A DNA stretch of 32,000 bases from Staphylothermus hellenicus DSM 12710 (GTDB lineage Archaea > Thermoproteota > Thermoprotei_A > Sulfolobales > Desulfurococcaceae), in NCBI RefSeq assembly GCF_000092465.1, contig NC_014205.1, positions 1,140,001 through 1,172,000 on the forward strand, in the 5' to 3' direction. Position numbers and translations under genes: made by a program. The stretch's first letter is position 1. Every line of letters begins with the position of its first letter. Under the pieces are notes generated by a model, which was not told where the DNA came from, did not search any database, and worked only from the letters and a program-made list of their open reading frames with translations. Of the stretch, positions 18,101 to 25,943 are shown piece after piece.

Positions 18101-18658
18101 ATGAAGAATTACATCATAACAGGTAGACCCGGCATCGGTAAATCTACTCTTTTCAATAATATAATTAATACTCTTAAGAAGTCAGGCATCATTGTCGGAG
18201 GAATAAAAAGCCCCGAAGTCAGGGATTCTAAGGGTATTAGGATAGGTTTTAAAATAATTGATTTAATGAGCAATGAGGAAGGCTGGTTAGCTAGAAGAAA
18301 TCATTACTCGACAATTAAAGTCGGCAAATATGGAATAGTATTAGAAGAATCTAGTCGAATCATAAGAGAAGCACTTAGAAAAGCACTGGAAAAAGCAGAT
18401 GTTATTGGAATAGATGAAATAGGGCCAATGGAACTTAAAATAAATGTTTTCAGAACTATGCTTGAACAAGTCCTCGGCTCTAATAAGCCGAAAATATTGG
18501 TTATACATTATAGATTACGTGATCGCTCAATACTTGACAAGATCTATAAGGTAGAAAACGAAAAATATATCCTAACAGAACATAACAGGGACTTATTAAA
18601 TAAAGTACTTCCCCGGAAAATTCTTATGGAAATTAAGGAAATTACTAACAAAAAATAA
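18101..18658 (+). CDS. THEP1-family nucleoside-triphosphatase
   Basis: It has the Walker A motif GRPGIGKST and a Walker B-like [10 protein letters not shown]. The size of about 185 aa is typical of THEP1/NTPCR. Confidence 0.8.
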   Translation: MKNYIITGRPGIGKSTLFNNIINTLKKSGIIVGGIKSPEVRDSKGIRIGFKIIDLMSNEEGWLARRNHYSTIKVGKYGIVLEESSRIIREALRKALEKADVIGIDEIGPMELKINVFRTMLEQVLGSNKPKILVIHYRLRDRSILDKIYKVENEKYILTEHNRDLLNKVLPRKILMEIKEITNKK

Positions 18659-18680
18659 ATAATTTTGAAAGGTGTAAATA

Positions 18681-19856
18681 TTGAACTTAGATATTCTTGC
18701 TTGGGAAGAAATAATATCTGAGGGAACCGCAAAAATAATCATCCCGAAAAGGGAACTGTTTAAAAGGCCTGATGGCACATATGAGCCGGCTTGGTCACCT
18801 GTTTTCTATAATCCAATAATGCGTGTAAATAGGGACATAGCTTCCCTCGCAACTTTTTCCTATTTTGAAGGAAGAGAATATTATTTTGTAGAACCTCTCG
18901 GCGGAACCGGTGTAAGAGGGTTAAGATTAGCCCTAGAAAGTAATGGTACAGGTATAATTAATGATGTGGATCCTATATCCTACTACTATATAAGGCGGAA
19001 TATAGTCTTAAATAAAGTTATGGATAAAGTTTTTCCTAGTTTACACGAAGCTAATGGCTTACTTAACAATTTAACTTTTTCAGGATTACCAATAGATTAT
19101 ATAGACGTGGATCCCTACGGATCCCCAATTCCATTTATTGATTCCGCAATTAAACCTTTGGGGAAGGAGTCTCTTATAGGCATTACCGCTACTGATACTG
19201 GTCCCCTTAATTGTAGTCATAAAAACAAAGCTTTAAGAAGATATGGTGTTAGATGTATAAAAACAGATTTTTCACGAGAATTAGGGCTTAGAATATTATT
19301 GTACAATATTGTATTTAGGGCGGCAAGCCTCGATGTAGCATTATATCCATTGATAAGTTATAGCCATAAACACTATTATAGAGTGATTTTTCAAGCTGAG
19401 AGAACAGGTAGAAAATCATATGAAGTAATAGATAAGTGTAGAGGCTATCTATGGTATTGTAGATCAACAATGGAGAGAGGCTTTATAAAAGAACCTGTCG
19501 AGAACATAGTTTGTTCTAATGGTGATGAACCAGAATATATTGGTCCCTTATGGATATGTGGATTGGGCAACAAAATATTTCTTCAAAAAATGATCTCTAA
19601 TATTGATAATATGCCTTTCTTAAGCAAAGAAACAATAGAGTTATTAAACAAAATAGAACCTGATATTACAATAAATAAACCATATATACGATACGATAAA
19701 TTATTTGGATTACATAGGAAAAACCAGCCTCCAATTAATGATTTTATAGAAAAGATCCGTGAATTAGGATACTTAGCCTATAGAACACATTTCGATCCAA
19801 GAGGGATAAGAACAAATGCAGATATAAAAGACTTACACAGACTTATCTCTTCCTAG
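18681..19856 (+). CDS. trm1: tRNA (guanine26-N2)-dimethyltransferase Trm1
   Basis: VFYNPIMRVNRDI, EPLGGTGVRGLR and IDVDPYGSP are Trm1 signatures. The start is TTG. Confidence 0.9.
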   Translation: MNLDILAWEEIISEGTAKIIIPKRELFKRPDGTYEPAWSPVFYNPIMRVNRDIASLATFSYFEGREYYFVEPLGGTGVRGLRLALESNGTGIINDVDPISYYYIRRNIVLNKVMDKVFPSLHEANGLLNNLTFSGLPIDYIDVDPYGSPIPFIDSAIKPLGKESLIGITATDTGPLNCSHKNKALRRYGVRCIKTDFSRELGLRILLYNIVFRAASLDVALYPLISYSHKHYYRVIFQAERTGRKSYEVIDKCRGYLWYCRSTMERGFIKEPVENIVCSNGDEPEYIGPLWICGLGNKIFLQKMISNIDNMPFLSKETIELLNKIEPDITINKPYIRYDKLFGLHRKNQPPINDFIEKIRELGYLAYRTHFDPRGIRTNADIKDLHRLISS

Positions 19857-20265
19857 CTCTACGCTTAGCTATCTCCTTCTCTAACCACTCAGTTAACCAG
19901 TCACATATCACTGGATCATAATATCCTCCTTCATAACATTTATCTATATAAGGACATGAAAGACAAGGTATATCTAGAAATTTTCTAATATCAAGAAGCG
20001 GTTTCTCAATAATCTTCTCCTTCTTCTCTACAAATTCCTCAATAGGTTTAGGTATAGCTATAATTCGGAAAGTCCTCCTACCATTATAAACTATTGGTAT
20101 TCTCTCCACGAATCCTAGTTCTTCAAGCTTCTTTAATGAACGAGAAGCGTCTCTACTGGTTATGCCTAGTTTTTTCCATAAAACATTTTGTGGTATACCT
20201 TTTTTACCAAACTTTAATGCGTATTTATATATCTTCTTATCTAGCTCGCTCAGTCTTCGCGGCAT
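19843..20265 (-). CDS. Winged-helix protein with C-terminal 4-Cys cluster; candidate TFE-beta (RPC39/TFIIE-beta-like)
   Basis: The winged helix reads IPQNVLWKKLGITSRDASRSLKKLEELGFVERI. The C-terminus has C-x2-C-x5-C-x10-C (CLSCPYIDKCYEGGYYDPVIC). AAGGAGGA precedes the ATG, and the gene is adjacent to tfb. The ORF itself is solid; the functional call is tentative. Confidence 0.5.
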   Translation of the reverse strand: MPRRLSELDKKIYKYALKFGKKGIPQNVLWKKLGITSRDASRSLKKLEELGFVERIPIVYNGRRTFRIIAIPKPIEEFVEKKEKIIEKPLLDIRKFLDIPCLSCPYIDKCYEGGYYDPVICDWLTEWLEKEIAKRRARKR

Positions 20266-20417
20266 ATTGATTTATCCTCCTTGATCAGTTGATGCTAGTG
20301 ATTATAGCTTGATCTAGGGATAACATTGTTTTTTACCATTAATGATTTAAGCAGTAAACATTATATTTTTTTGTCTTTACATTGTCTAGTAGAAATGGGA
20401 AATATATGGGTAAAAAA

Positions 20418-21302
20418 TTACATACTAATAGTTATATCAAATGATCTAACTATATCACTATATCTATTCCTAATAGTAACATCTGTTACATTTACTGTTT
20501 TAGCTACTTCTATCTGTGTTCTTTTCTCATTAAGAAGTATTGAGGCAATGTATACTGCGGCAGTCGCTAGCCCGACCGAGCTTTTACCATTGTTTAATCC
20601 AGCTTTCTTAGATAATTGTATAAGGTAATTAGCAAGATACTGGACTCGCTCCGATAATGATAATTTATTAACTATATAGGGGACATAGTTCTCCGGCTCA
20701 TCTTTTTTAATCATCTTATTAATGTCTTTAACATTATCATGTATCTTTTTCTCAGCATGCCATAGATCCTTTAAGGTGATCCCTAGCTCTTTAGAAAACA
20801 TTTTAGCTGATTTAGGTATTCCATGAACTTTATAAGCTATGTAAAGAGAAGCTATTGCTAATAGTTTCAATGTCTTATTCTTATAGTTCTTACCATTAAC
20901 AGCTTTCTGCAGGATCATTCCTGCTGTTTCTGATACATATTTAGGTGGATTAAGTATTCTAACATAATTATTTAGGTGGCGGAGAGCTTTTTCAACAATC
21001 CTATTCCTTTTTTCTACCCTGATTTTCTTCTGGAGCCTGCTCATATTCAACCATTTGCCTGTGTGTCTAGTATTAAATTCTGTACTACCTATTCCAGAGT
21101 CATGGACTCTAAAAGTATATGAACCACTTGTTCTAGTATTTTCAAAATTATCAACATATCTATGCTCGAATCCATGATCTATTAGATGATCTTCTATAAC
21201 AGCACCGCATCGTGTACAAACATATTCGTTTGTTTCATAATCAAAAATAACCGAGCGACTTCCACAATATGGACAAACCAGTTGAGTATGTTCATACTTC
21301 AA
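20418..21302 (-). CDS. tfb: Transcription initiation factor B (TFIIB homologue)
   Basis: An N-terminal Zn ribbon (CPYCGS...CTRCGAVI) is followed by two cyclin-like repeats. Confidence 0.95.
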   Translation of the reverse strand: MKYEHTQLVCPYCGSRSVIFDYETNEYVCTRCGAVIEDHLIDHGFEHRYVDNFENTRTSGSYTFRVHDSGIGSTEFNTRHTGKWLNMSRLQKKIRVEKRNRIVEKALRHLNNYVRILNPPKYVSETAGMILQKAVNGKNYKNKTLKLLAIASLYIAYKVHGIPKSAKMFSKELGITLKDLWHAEKKIHDNVKDINKMIKKDEPENYVPYIVNKLSLSERVQYLANYLIQLSKKAGLNNGKSSVGLATAAVYIASILLNEKRTQIEVAKTVNVTDVTIRNRYSDIVRSFDITISM

Positions 21303-21304
21303 TA

Positions 21305-21646
21305 TTAAACCCCCCTATGTGTTCTTCTACCCCTCCCCCTTCCACCAGGTTTTCCGCCGCGTTTTTTCTTTTCCTTCCTCTTTGTTCGTTTGAAAGATCT
21401 TTTCTTTTGTTTAATATAATAATAAGCAATACCTAAATCTACAAAATCAAGTATTTCCTTATTTTCGGGTTTTACTACAACATGCGGCTGATCAACTCTT
21501 CCAATAACATCAACAATACGTCCTATTCTCCTAAGGGAACTATCATAAACAATAGCACCAACTAGTCTACGTGGGTCTTTCACATAGCTTTTTACAATCA
21601 ACATATTATCCTTTGTCTTAACAATGATTTCTCCAAGCTTTTTCAT
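21305..21646 (-). CDS. gar1: H/ACA RNP protein Gar1
   Basis: The Gar1 barrel core reads LGEIIVKTKDNMLIVKS...IGRIVDVIGRVDQPHVVVKP. A K/R then RGG-like tail follows. Confidence 0.85.
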   Translation of the reverse strand: MKKLGEIIVKTKDNMLIVKSYVKDPRRLVGAIVYDSSLRRIGRIVDVIGRVDQPHVVVKPENKEILDFVDLGIAYYYIKQKKRSFKRTKRKEKKKRGGKPGGRGRGRRTHRGV

Positions 21647-21675
21647 ATTTTCACCATTTATAAGTATGGGGGAGG

Positions 21676-21801
21676 GGTAATACCACTTTATCTAGTTTAT
21701 TTAAAAATATAGTTAAATCTAAGGGCTCATGAACGCGTTGATAAAATTTCGACAGTATTATTGGAAAATTTCATTGCACATTTAAATAAAGTGGTATTAC
21801 C
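21676..21801. repeat. 126-nt unit closed by a perfect 16-bp inverted repeat (GGTAATACCACTTTAT / ATAAAGTGGTATTACC)
   Basis: The arms lie at 21676-21691 and 21786-21801 and were verified base by base. The interior is 94 nt and contains the palindrome AACGCGTT (21732-21739) near its centre. Confidence 0.9.
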
Positions 21802-21808
21802 ATAGTTA

Positions 21809-22096
21809 TTACTTTCTTAGATCTTTGATCTTTTTCGCTATAATTTTTAAAGTATTTAGTTTAGAGCCAACCTTATCTACAATCACACGTCCCTTCATCC
21901 ACCAATATTTCGGATACGCTGATTCCTCGTATTGAGGGTTTAAGCCGAGCTCATTTGCTGCTTTAATTATCTCCTCTATTTTAGGTTTAGAAACAGCTAA
22001 ATTTCTAGGGATTCTACGCCCACGACTACGAGGAATGGTGGAATCTATGTATTGGGGATATATCACTATTTTTCTTCCCTTATAATCTCGACTCAA
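21809..22096 (-). CDS. srp19: Signal recognition particle protein SRP19
   Basis: IYPQYIDSTIPRSRGRRIPRNLAV and AYPKYWW match the SRP19 pattern. The start is TTG. Confidence 0.9.
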   Translation of the reverse strand: MSRDYKGRKIVIYPQYIDSTIPRSRGRRIPRNLAVSKPKIEEIIKAANELGLNPQYEESAYPKYWWMKGRVIVDKVGSKLNTLKIIAKKIKDLRK

Positions 22097-22164
22097 ATGA
22101 TCACCGATCTTTTGACAATTTAGTTCCTAGAAACTAGGAGTTTTTCGAATACCACTATGAGTCG

Positions 22165-22554
22165 TCATTGTTTCTCTATTAATATACCGTTTAATACTCC
22201 GTCTTGTCCTGGCCTAGATGTTATCTTTACCAGTCCCAGCTCTGTCTTTACAATTGTTCCTCTGGTAATATAGTTTCCTCTAGCATATTGTGGATTAGAC
22301 GGTGTTTCTACGACTTCTAATATTCTTGTTTTTGCTACTTTTCTTTCATTTGGAACTGCAACATTTACGTATGTAACTCTCTTTAATCTAATCTTAAGAT
22401 TGCCTCCGCGAACCCTTATTATTTTTCGTACTTCCTTAACTGAAAACCTTGTCATAGTAGGTGGTCTTCCAAGTTCATGTTTTCTTTTCTTTCTATGCCT
22501 TGCTTTCTTTCCACCAGTGGGTTTTCTTAGATCATTACCTTGATACCAAGCCAT
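22165..22554 (-). CDS. rps8e: 30S ribosomal protein S8e
   Basis: The N-terminus reads WYQGNDLRKPTGGKKARHRKKRKHELGRPP, and the length of 129 aa fits. Confidence 0.95.
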   Translation of the reverse strand: MAWYQGNDLRKPTGGKKARHRKKRKHELGRPPTMTRFSVKEVRKIIRVRGGNLKIRLKRVTYVNVAVPNERKVAKTRILEVVETPSNPQYARGNYITRGTIVKTELGLVKITSRPGQDGVLNGILIEKQ

Positions 22555-22596
22555 AATTTGTCACCGCACATGGGCTTCTCTATTAGCTATGGATAC

Positions 22597-22968
22597 TTAT
22601 GGATTAATATTTGCTTTATTTAATATTTCCCATAAATACTTAATGGGTTTTAACCCATAATTAAAGTCCTTATTGATCCAGGGTAGTATTGCATACAATA
22701 CTGCTTCAAACGATAAATCTGCTCTGGTTATGAATCCGTTTGAGAAATATCCTATTGCGCCTATTGTTTCGCTTATTGCCTCAATATTTGTAGTTCTTCG
22801 CATAATGTTCTTTAATTCCACGCGTTTTAGAATTTGTTCCGAGATGTTCTCGGGTAGGGGGAAGAATCCACTAGTTCCAAGACTATAATGTTTACCATCA
22901 ACTACAACAGCTACCTGACCCGATAACATGTAGTCTCCAAGCCTTATAACTCCTGCCTCAATACCTAC
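22597..22968 (-). pseudogene. C-terminal fragment of a YjjX/DUF84-family inosine/xanthosine triphosphatase gene, cut off by the IS insertion
   Basis: The frame is open upstream of the tracked ATG at 22929 and reads TVGIEAGVIRLGDY-MLSGQVAVVV...GAIGYFSNGFITRADLSFEAVLYAILPW. It resembles E. coli YjjX (IEAG...[28 protein letters not shown], recalled from memory). No start codon is available at the IS boundary. Confidence 0.75.
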
Positions 22969-23110
22969 CGTTCTGGCTAGCCGTAACTTTTGTTATATGT
23001 ATTTATTATTACGGCTAGCCTTCCCCTCTCTGGTTTCATTGAGGGGCTTTCGGGGGGAACGGAGACTCCCCACATCTTCAGGGCTTTTAATCGGATGTTC
23101 AAGCTTCCGA
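22949..23110 (-). ncRNA. Candidate TnpB omega-RNA (reRNA): right-end scaffold plus flank-derived guide
   Basis: Three consecutive GC-rich hairpins lie in the last ~100 nt of the element, overlapping the tnpB 3' end. The first is a 12-bp perfect stem, GGCTAGCCGTAA/TTACGGCTAGCC (22975-22986/23009-23020). The second is CCCCTC/GAGGGG (23023-28/23041-46). The third is GGGGGG/CTCCCC (23052-57/23066-71). The extent of the RNA is a guess. Confidence 0.4.
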
Positions 23111-24164
23111 TTATGTCTCTATCTGCTTCAAACCCGCATCTCATACATTTCAAAACCCTGTGCCCATTCGGGCTTAATTTTCCCCTACATATCGGGCACA
23201 GGGATGAGGTGTAGGAGGGATCAACATAAACAACCTTAATCCCTTTAAGCTTAGCCTTGTATTCAATAATTGATTGAAGTCTCCTAAAGCTCCAGCGATG
23301 CAACCTACCATTAATCTCTTTTGAATACCTGATTGACTTTCTAATGTTTTTCAGGTTTTCCAGAGCAATACCGTATCCATCAGCAAGCTCCACTATCTTA
23401 TTAGCTAGTTTGTGGTAGAGGTCATTAAGCCTGTTTCTTTCCCTCTTCCCATACTTTTCTAAGAGCTTCTTTCTCTTCTTCCCAGCTCGTATCTTCTTTT
23501 GGATCTTCCTCCTCTTCACATAGTAAGCCGTCCTGATCTCTCTTTCACGGGTCTCAAACCTCGCAAAACCATTAGGCAAAGCAATAGTGACATTGTTCTC
23601 GTTCAAGTCGACACCAATAAAATCTTTTGGCTCCCCTATTTCAACCTCCCTCGAGAAAACAACATTGAGGAATATCCCATTATCTTTTTTCACAAGCCAA
23701 GCCTGCCCTGTTCTCCAATCTTTAAATTTCATGTGGTAATTTGATACATAAACCTTAAGAGTGATTCTACCCTTCGGGGTTGAGAGCTTTAAAACTCCTT
23801 TCTCAATGTCGAGTTTGAATAGGTGATCATCAAGCATTATAGAATCTTTCTTGAAAACTGGTTTGTTTCTTGCTTCCCCTCTCCTCTTTTTCTTTCTATA
23901 GCTCCTATAAATTGATGTAGCTATCTGACAAGCTGTATAGATGTAGTGGGAGGGTAGATTAGGGTATTTCTCCCTTAGATTCCTATAAGTTTTACTTTTA
24001 AGCTTGTAGAAGCTAGTTATATTATTCTCATAAGCATAGTTGATCAAGTAATTCACTATCTCACGGTAGATTTTAAACAATCTATCAATCTCCACATTCT
24101 CCTTAATCTTGAATTTACCGGTCATCTTAACAGTCTCGGATCGCCTGTTTAACACTCTCCACAA
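22977..24164 (-). CDS. tnpB: TnpB (OrfB) RuvC-like RNA-guided nuclease
   Basis: The split RuvC triad is intact: IGVDLN (D), IALENL (E) and EADRDIIGSLNI (D). The Zn finger is CPICRG...CMRCG. The likely true start is the ATG at 24125, 1 nt after the tnpA stop. Confidence 0.9.
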   Translation of the reverse strand: MWRVLNRRSETVKMTGKFKIKENVEIDRLFKIYREIVNYLINYAYENNITSFYKLKSKTYRNLREKYPNLPSHYIYTACQIATSIYRSYRKKKRRGEARNKPVFKKDSIMLDDHLFKLDIEKGVLKLSTPKGRITLKVYVSNYHMKFKDWRTGQAWLVKKDNGIFLNVVFSREVEIGEPKDFIGVDLNENNVTIALPNGFARFETREREIRTAYYVKRRKIQKKIRAGKKRKKLLEKYGKRERNRLNDLYHKLANKIVELADGYGIALENLKNIRKSIRYSKEINGRLHRWSFRRLQSIIEYKAKLKGIKVVYVDPSYTSSLCPICRGKLSPNGHRVLKCMRCGFEADRDIIGSLNIRLKALKMWGVSVPPESPSMKPERGRLAVIINTYNKSYG

Positions 24165-24732
24165 CCCTCCTCTTCTTACGGCTCCTCACACCGTATAACT
24201 TTCCAGCAAAGCTTGTTACAATTGCTATAAGGTCTTCAACAAGCTCTTGCTGAATGTTTCTTGGTTCTTCTCCAAAGACAGCTTCAATTCTGACACCATG
24301 TGATTTGAAGAATTCTTCAAGGTATTTGAAGCCAAATCTTGTCAGCCTATCCCTATAGCTTACCACTACAACATCTATTTTACCATTTACAACATAGTCT
24401 ATGAGTTTTCTAAGACCCCTCCTCTCCTCATTCAGCCCAGAAGCTATATCTGTTAAAACATCAACAACATTATAGCCTCTAGCAGAGCAGTACTTTTTCA
24501 AATACTCTATTTGTTTCTCTAAGTATTCTTTCTGGTCCGAAGAACTTACACGAGCATAGATGATAGCGGTATTAGTCGTCTTACCTTTGAGTAACCTCCT
24601 TACCTCATCCTCTGGAATCCTATACTCCTTACCAAGCCTTACAGCTTTTATCCTACCATTCCTAATCCACCTAATCACCGTAACCTTACTAACGCCAAGA
24701 AGCCTCGCTACCTTCCCTGTCCGATACACCAT
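24127..24732 (-). CDS. tnpA: IS607-type TnpA serine recombinase
   Basis: An N-terminal MerR-like HTH (KVARLLGVSKVTVIRWIRNGRIKAVR) is followed by a resolvase catalytic domain with YARVSSSDQ (nucleophile Ser). Confidence 0.9.
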   Translation of the reverse strand: MVYRTGKVARLLGVSKVTVIRWIRNGRIKAVRLGKEYRIPEDEVRRLLKGKTTNTAIIYARVSSSDQKEYLEKQIEYLKKYCSARGYNVVDVLTDIASGLNEERRGLRKLIDYVVNGKIDVVVVSYRDRLTRFGFKYLEEFFKSHGVRIEAVFGEEPRNIQQELVEDLIAIVTSFAGKLYGVRSRKKRRVVESVKQAIRDC

Positions 24733-24799
24733 CCATACCCATTTACAGTATGAAACAAAAGTATATAAATGTTACGAAAGCAACACTATATGTTTCTGC

Positions 24800-25015
24800 C
24801 CCGTATCCATCATTAATATGCTGATAAGCTCTCCAAGCCCTAACCATAGCACCTAGTAAAATTTCGTTAAAACCTATGGGTTGAGGAAAAGGTGTGTCAA
24901 CATCTATGGAGACTATATTGTTATAATCTATTCCCAGAAGAGCTAAAGCCTTACGTGCTCCGTTTATCTTTGCTTTATTACTAGATCCGATCGCTGCTTT
25001 TACCATAATGAACAC
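24800..25015 (-). pseudogene. N-terminal fragment of the same YjjX/DUF84-family NTPase gene
   Basis: The fragment reads MVKAAIGSSNKAKINGARKAL...VDTPFPQPIGFNEILLGAMVRAWRAYQHINDGYG. The reading frame then enters the IS left end and stops at 24743. Confidence 0.75.
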
Positions 25016-25085
25016 CTATCATTACAACACTTATAAATCTATTAAGATATCTAAATATTGGAAGAGATAAAATTTTGTTAACAAA

Positions 25086-25904
25086 GTGGTTCTTATGGAT
25101 AGAATAAGAATAAACAGGGGCATATTTAGCGTTAGCAAATTTTTAATGAGACCTATTTACAAAATATATGAGAAAATGCTTTGGCTCCAAATAAAAAATG
25201 GGCCTTTCCCTGCCCACATAGGCATAATACCTGATGGAAACAGGAGATGGGCTAAAAGATCAGGTTTCGATCCTAAACAGGGACATGAATACGGATATCA
25301 GAGAATAAAAGATGCTCTAAACTGGATATGGGAATTAAACATACGATACGTAACACTTTATGCCATGTCAAGCGAGAACTGCCTCTATAGACCATTAGAT
25401 GAGAGAAGACATTTGTTCAACATAGTTAAGAAGGGATTACAAGAACTAATAAATATGCCTGAAATACATGAGAAAAAGATCCAGATTAAGGTTTTTGGCA
25501 GGCTTGAACTAGTTCCTAAGGATATAGTTGAGCTTGCCCACAAAATAGAGGAGCAGACTAAGCATTATAAAGAATATAGATTAAATATTGCACTATGTTA
25601 TGGTGGAAGACAAGAGATTCTTGAGGCTGTAAGGAAAATAGTAAAGGATGCACAATCTGGAAAAATAAACCCTGAAAATATTGATGAGGAAACCTTTTCG
25701 AGATATTTATATACAAATGGATGCCCCGATCCTGACCTCATAATTAGAACAAGTGGAGAAGTTAGAATAAGCAACTTCCTATTGTGGCAATCTGCCTATA
25801 GTGAACTATATTTCTGTGAAGCATACTGGCCAGAATTTAGAAAAATTGATTTTTGGAGAGCCATAAGAAGCTACCAGCGGAGAGAAAGAAGATATGGCCG
25901 TTAA
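25086..25904 (+). CDS. uppS: cis-Prenyltransferase (undecaprenyl diphosphate synthase family)
   Basis: HIGIIPDGNRRWA, YAMSSEN and RTSGEVRISNFLLWQSAYSELYF are the family motifs. The start is GTG at 25086 or ATG at 25095. Confidence 0.9.
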   Translation: MVLMDRIRINRGIFSVSKFLMRPIYKIYEKMLWLQIKNGPFPAHIGIIPDGNRRWAKRSGFDPKQGHEYGYQRIKDALNWIWELNIRYVTLYAMSSENCLYRPLDERRHLFNIVKKGLQELINMPEIHEKKIQIKVFGRLELVPKDIVELAHKIEEQTKHYKEYRLNIALCYGGRQEILEAVRKIVKDAQSGKINPENIDEETFSRYLYTNGCPDPDLIIRTSGEVRISNFLLWQSAYSELYFCEAYWPEFRKIDFWRAIRSYQRRERRYGR

Positions 25905-25943
25905 TCTGGTTAAAGAAGCTATTCAGAAACACAATAAATAATA

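Larger units (their letters stand above)
22969..24799 (-). mobile_element. IS607-family insertion sequence (tnpA serine recombinase plus tnpB), 1,831 bp
   Basis: The boundaries come from the in-frame rejoin of the interrupted host gene and can slide by +/-1 nt within a G run. The motif CGTAAC...CTTTTGTT sits in inverted orientation near both ends (22982-22994 and 24753-24776). Both ORFs are intact. Confidence 0.85.

Noticed and set aside
20326-20628. A 100-aa plus-strand ORF overlaps the 3' end of tfb.
   Set aside because: It is antisense to the well-supported TFB cyclin repeat, its sequence is hydrophobic and low-complexity, and it has no start context.
21676-21801. I considered an H/ACA guide RNA inside the inverted-repeat unit next to gar1.
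   Set aside because: There is no pseudouridylation-pocket architecture, no K-turn or K-loop, and no ACA at the correct distance on either strand. The adjacency to gar1 alone is not evidence.
22125-22145. The hairpin TCCTAG-aaa-CTAGGA is followed by TTTTT and looks like an intrinsic terminator.
   Set aside because: The stem-plus-T-run reading applies only to the plus strand, where there is no upstream gene. On the coding (minus) strand the run is A5 and precedes the stem. Archaeal termination does not need hairpins in any case.
22148-22156. A third partial copy (AATACCACT) of the 16-bp inverted-repeat arm lies in the srp19-rps8e spacer.
   Set aside because: Only 9 nt match, which is within chance expectation for a 32-kb AT-rich window searched on both strands.
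22977-24164. I considered whether the tnpB region could be a Cas12-type effector with an adjacent CRISPR array.
   Set aside because: No direct-repeat/spacer array exists anywhere in the window. The size (~385 aa) and the tnpA partnership fit a transposon TnpB rather than a CRISPR effector.
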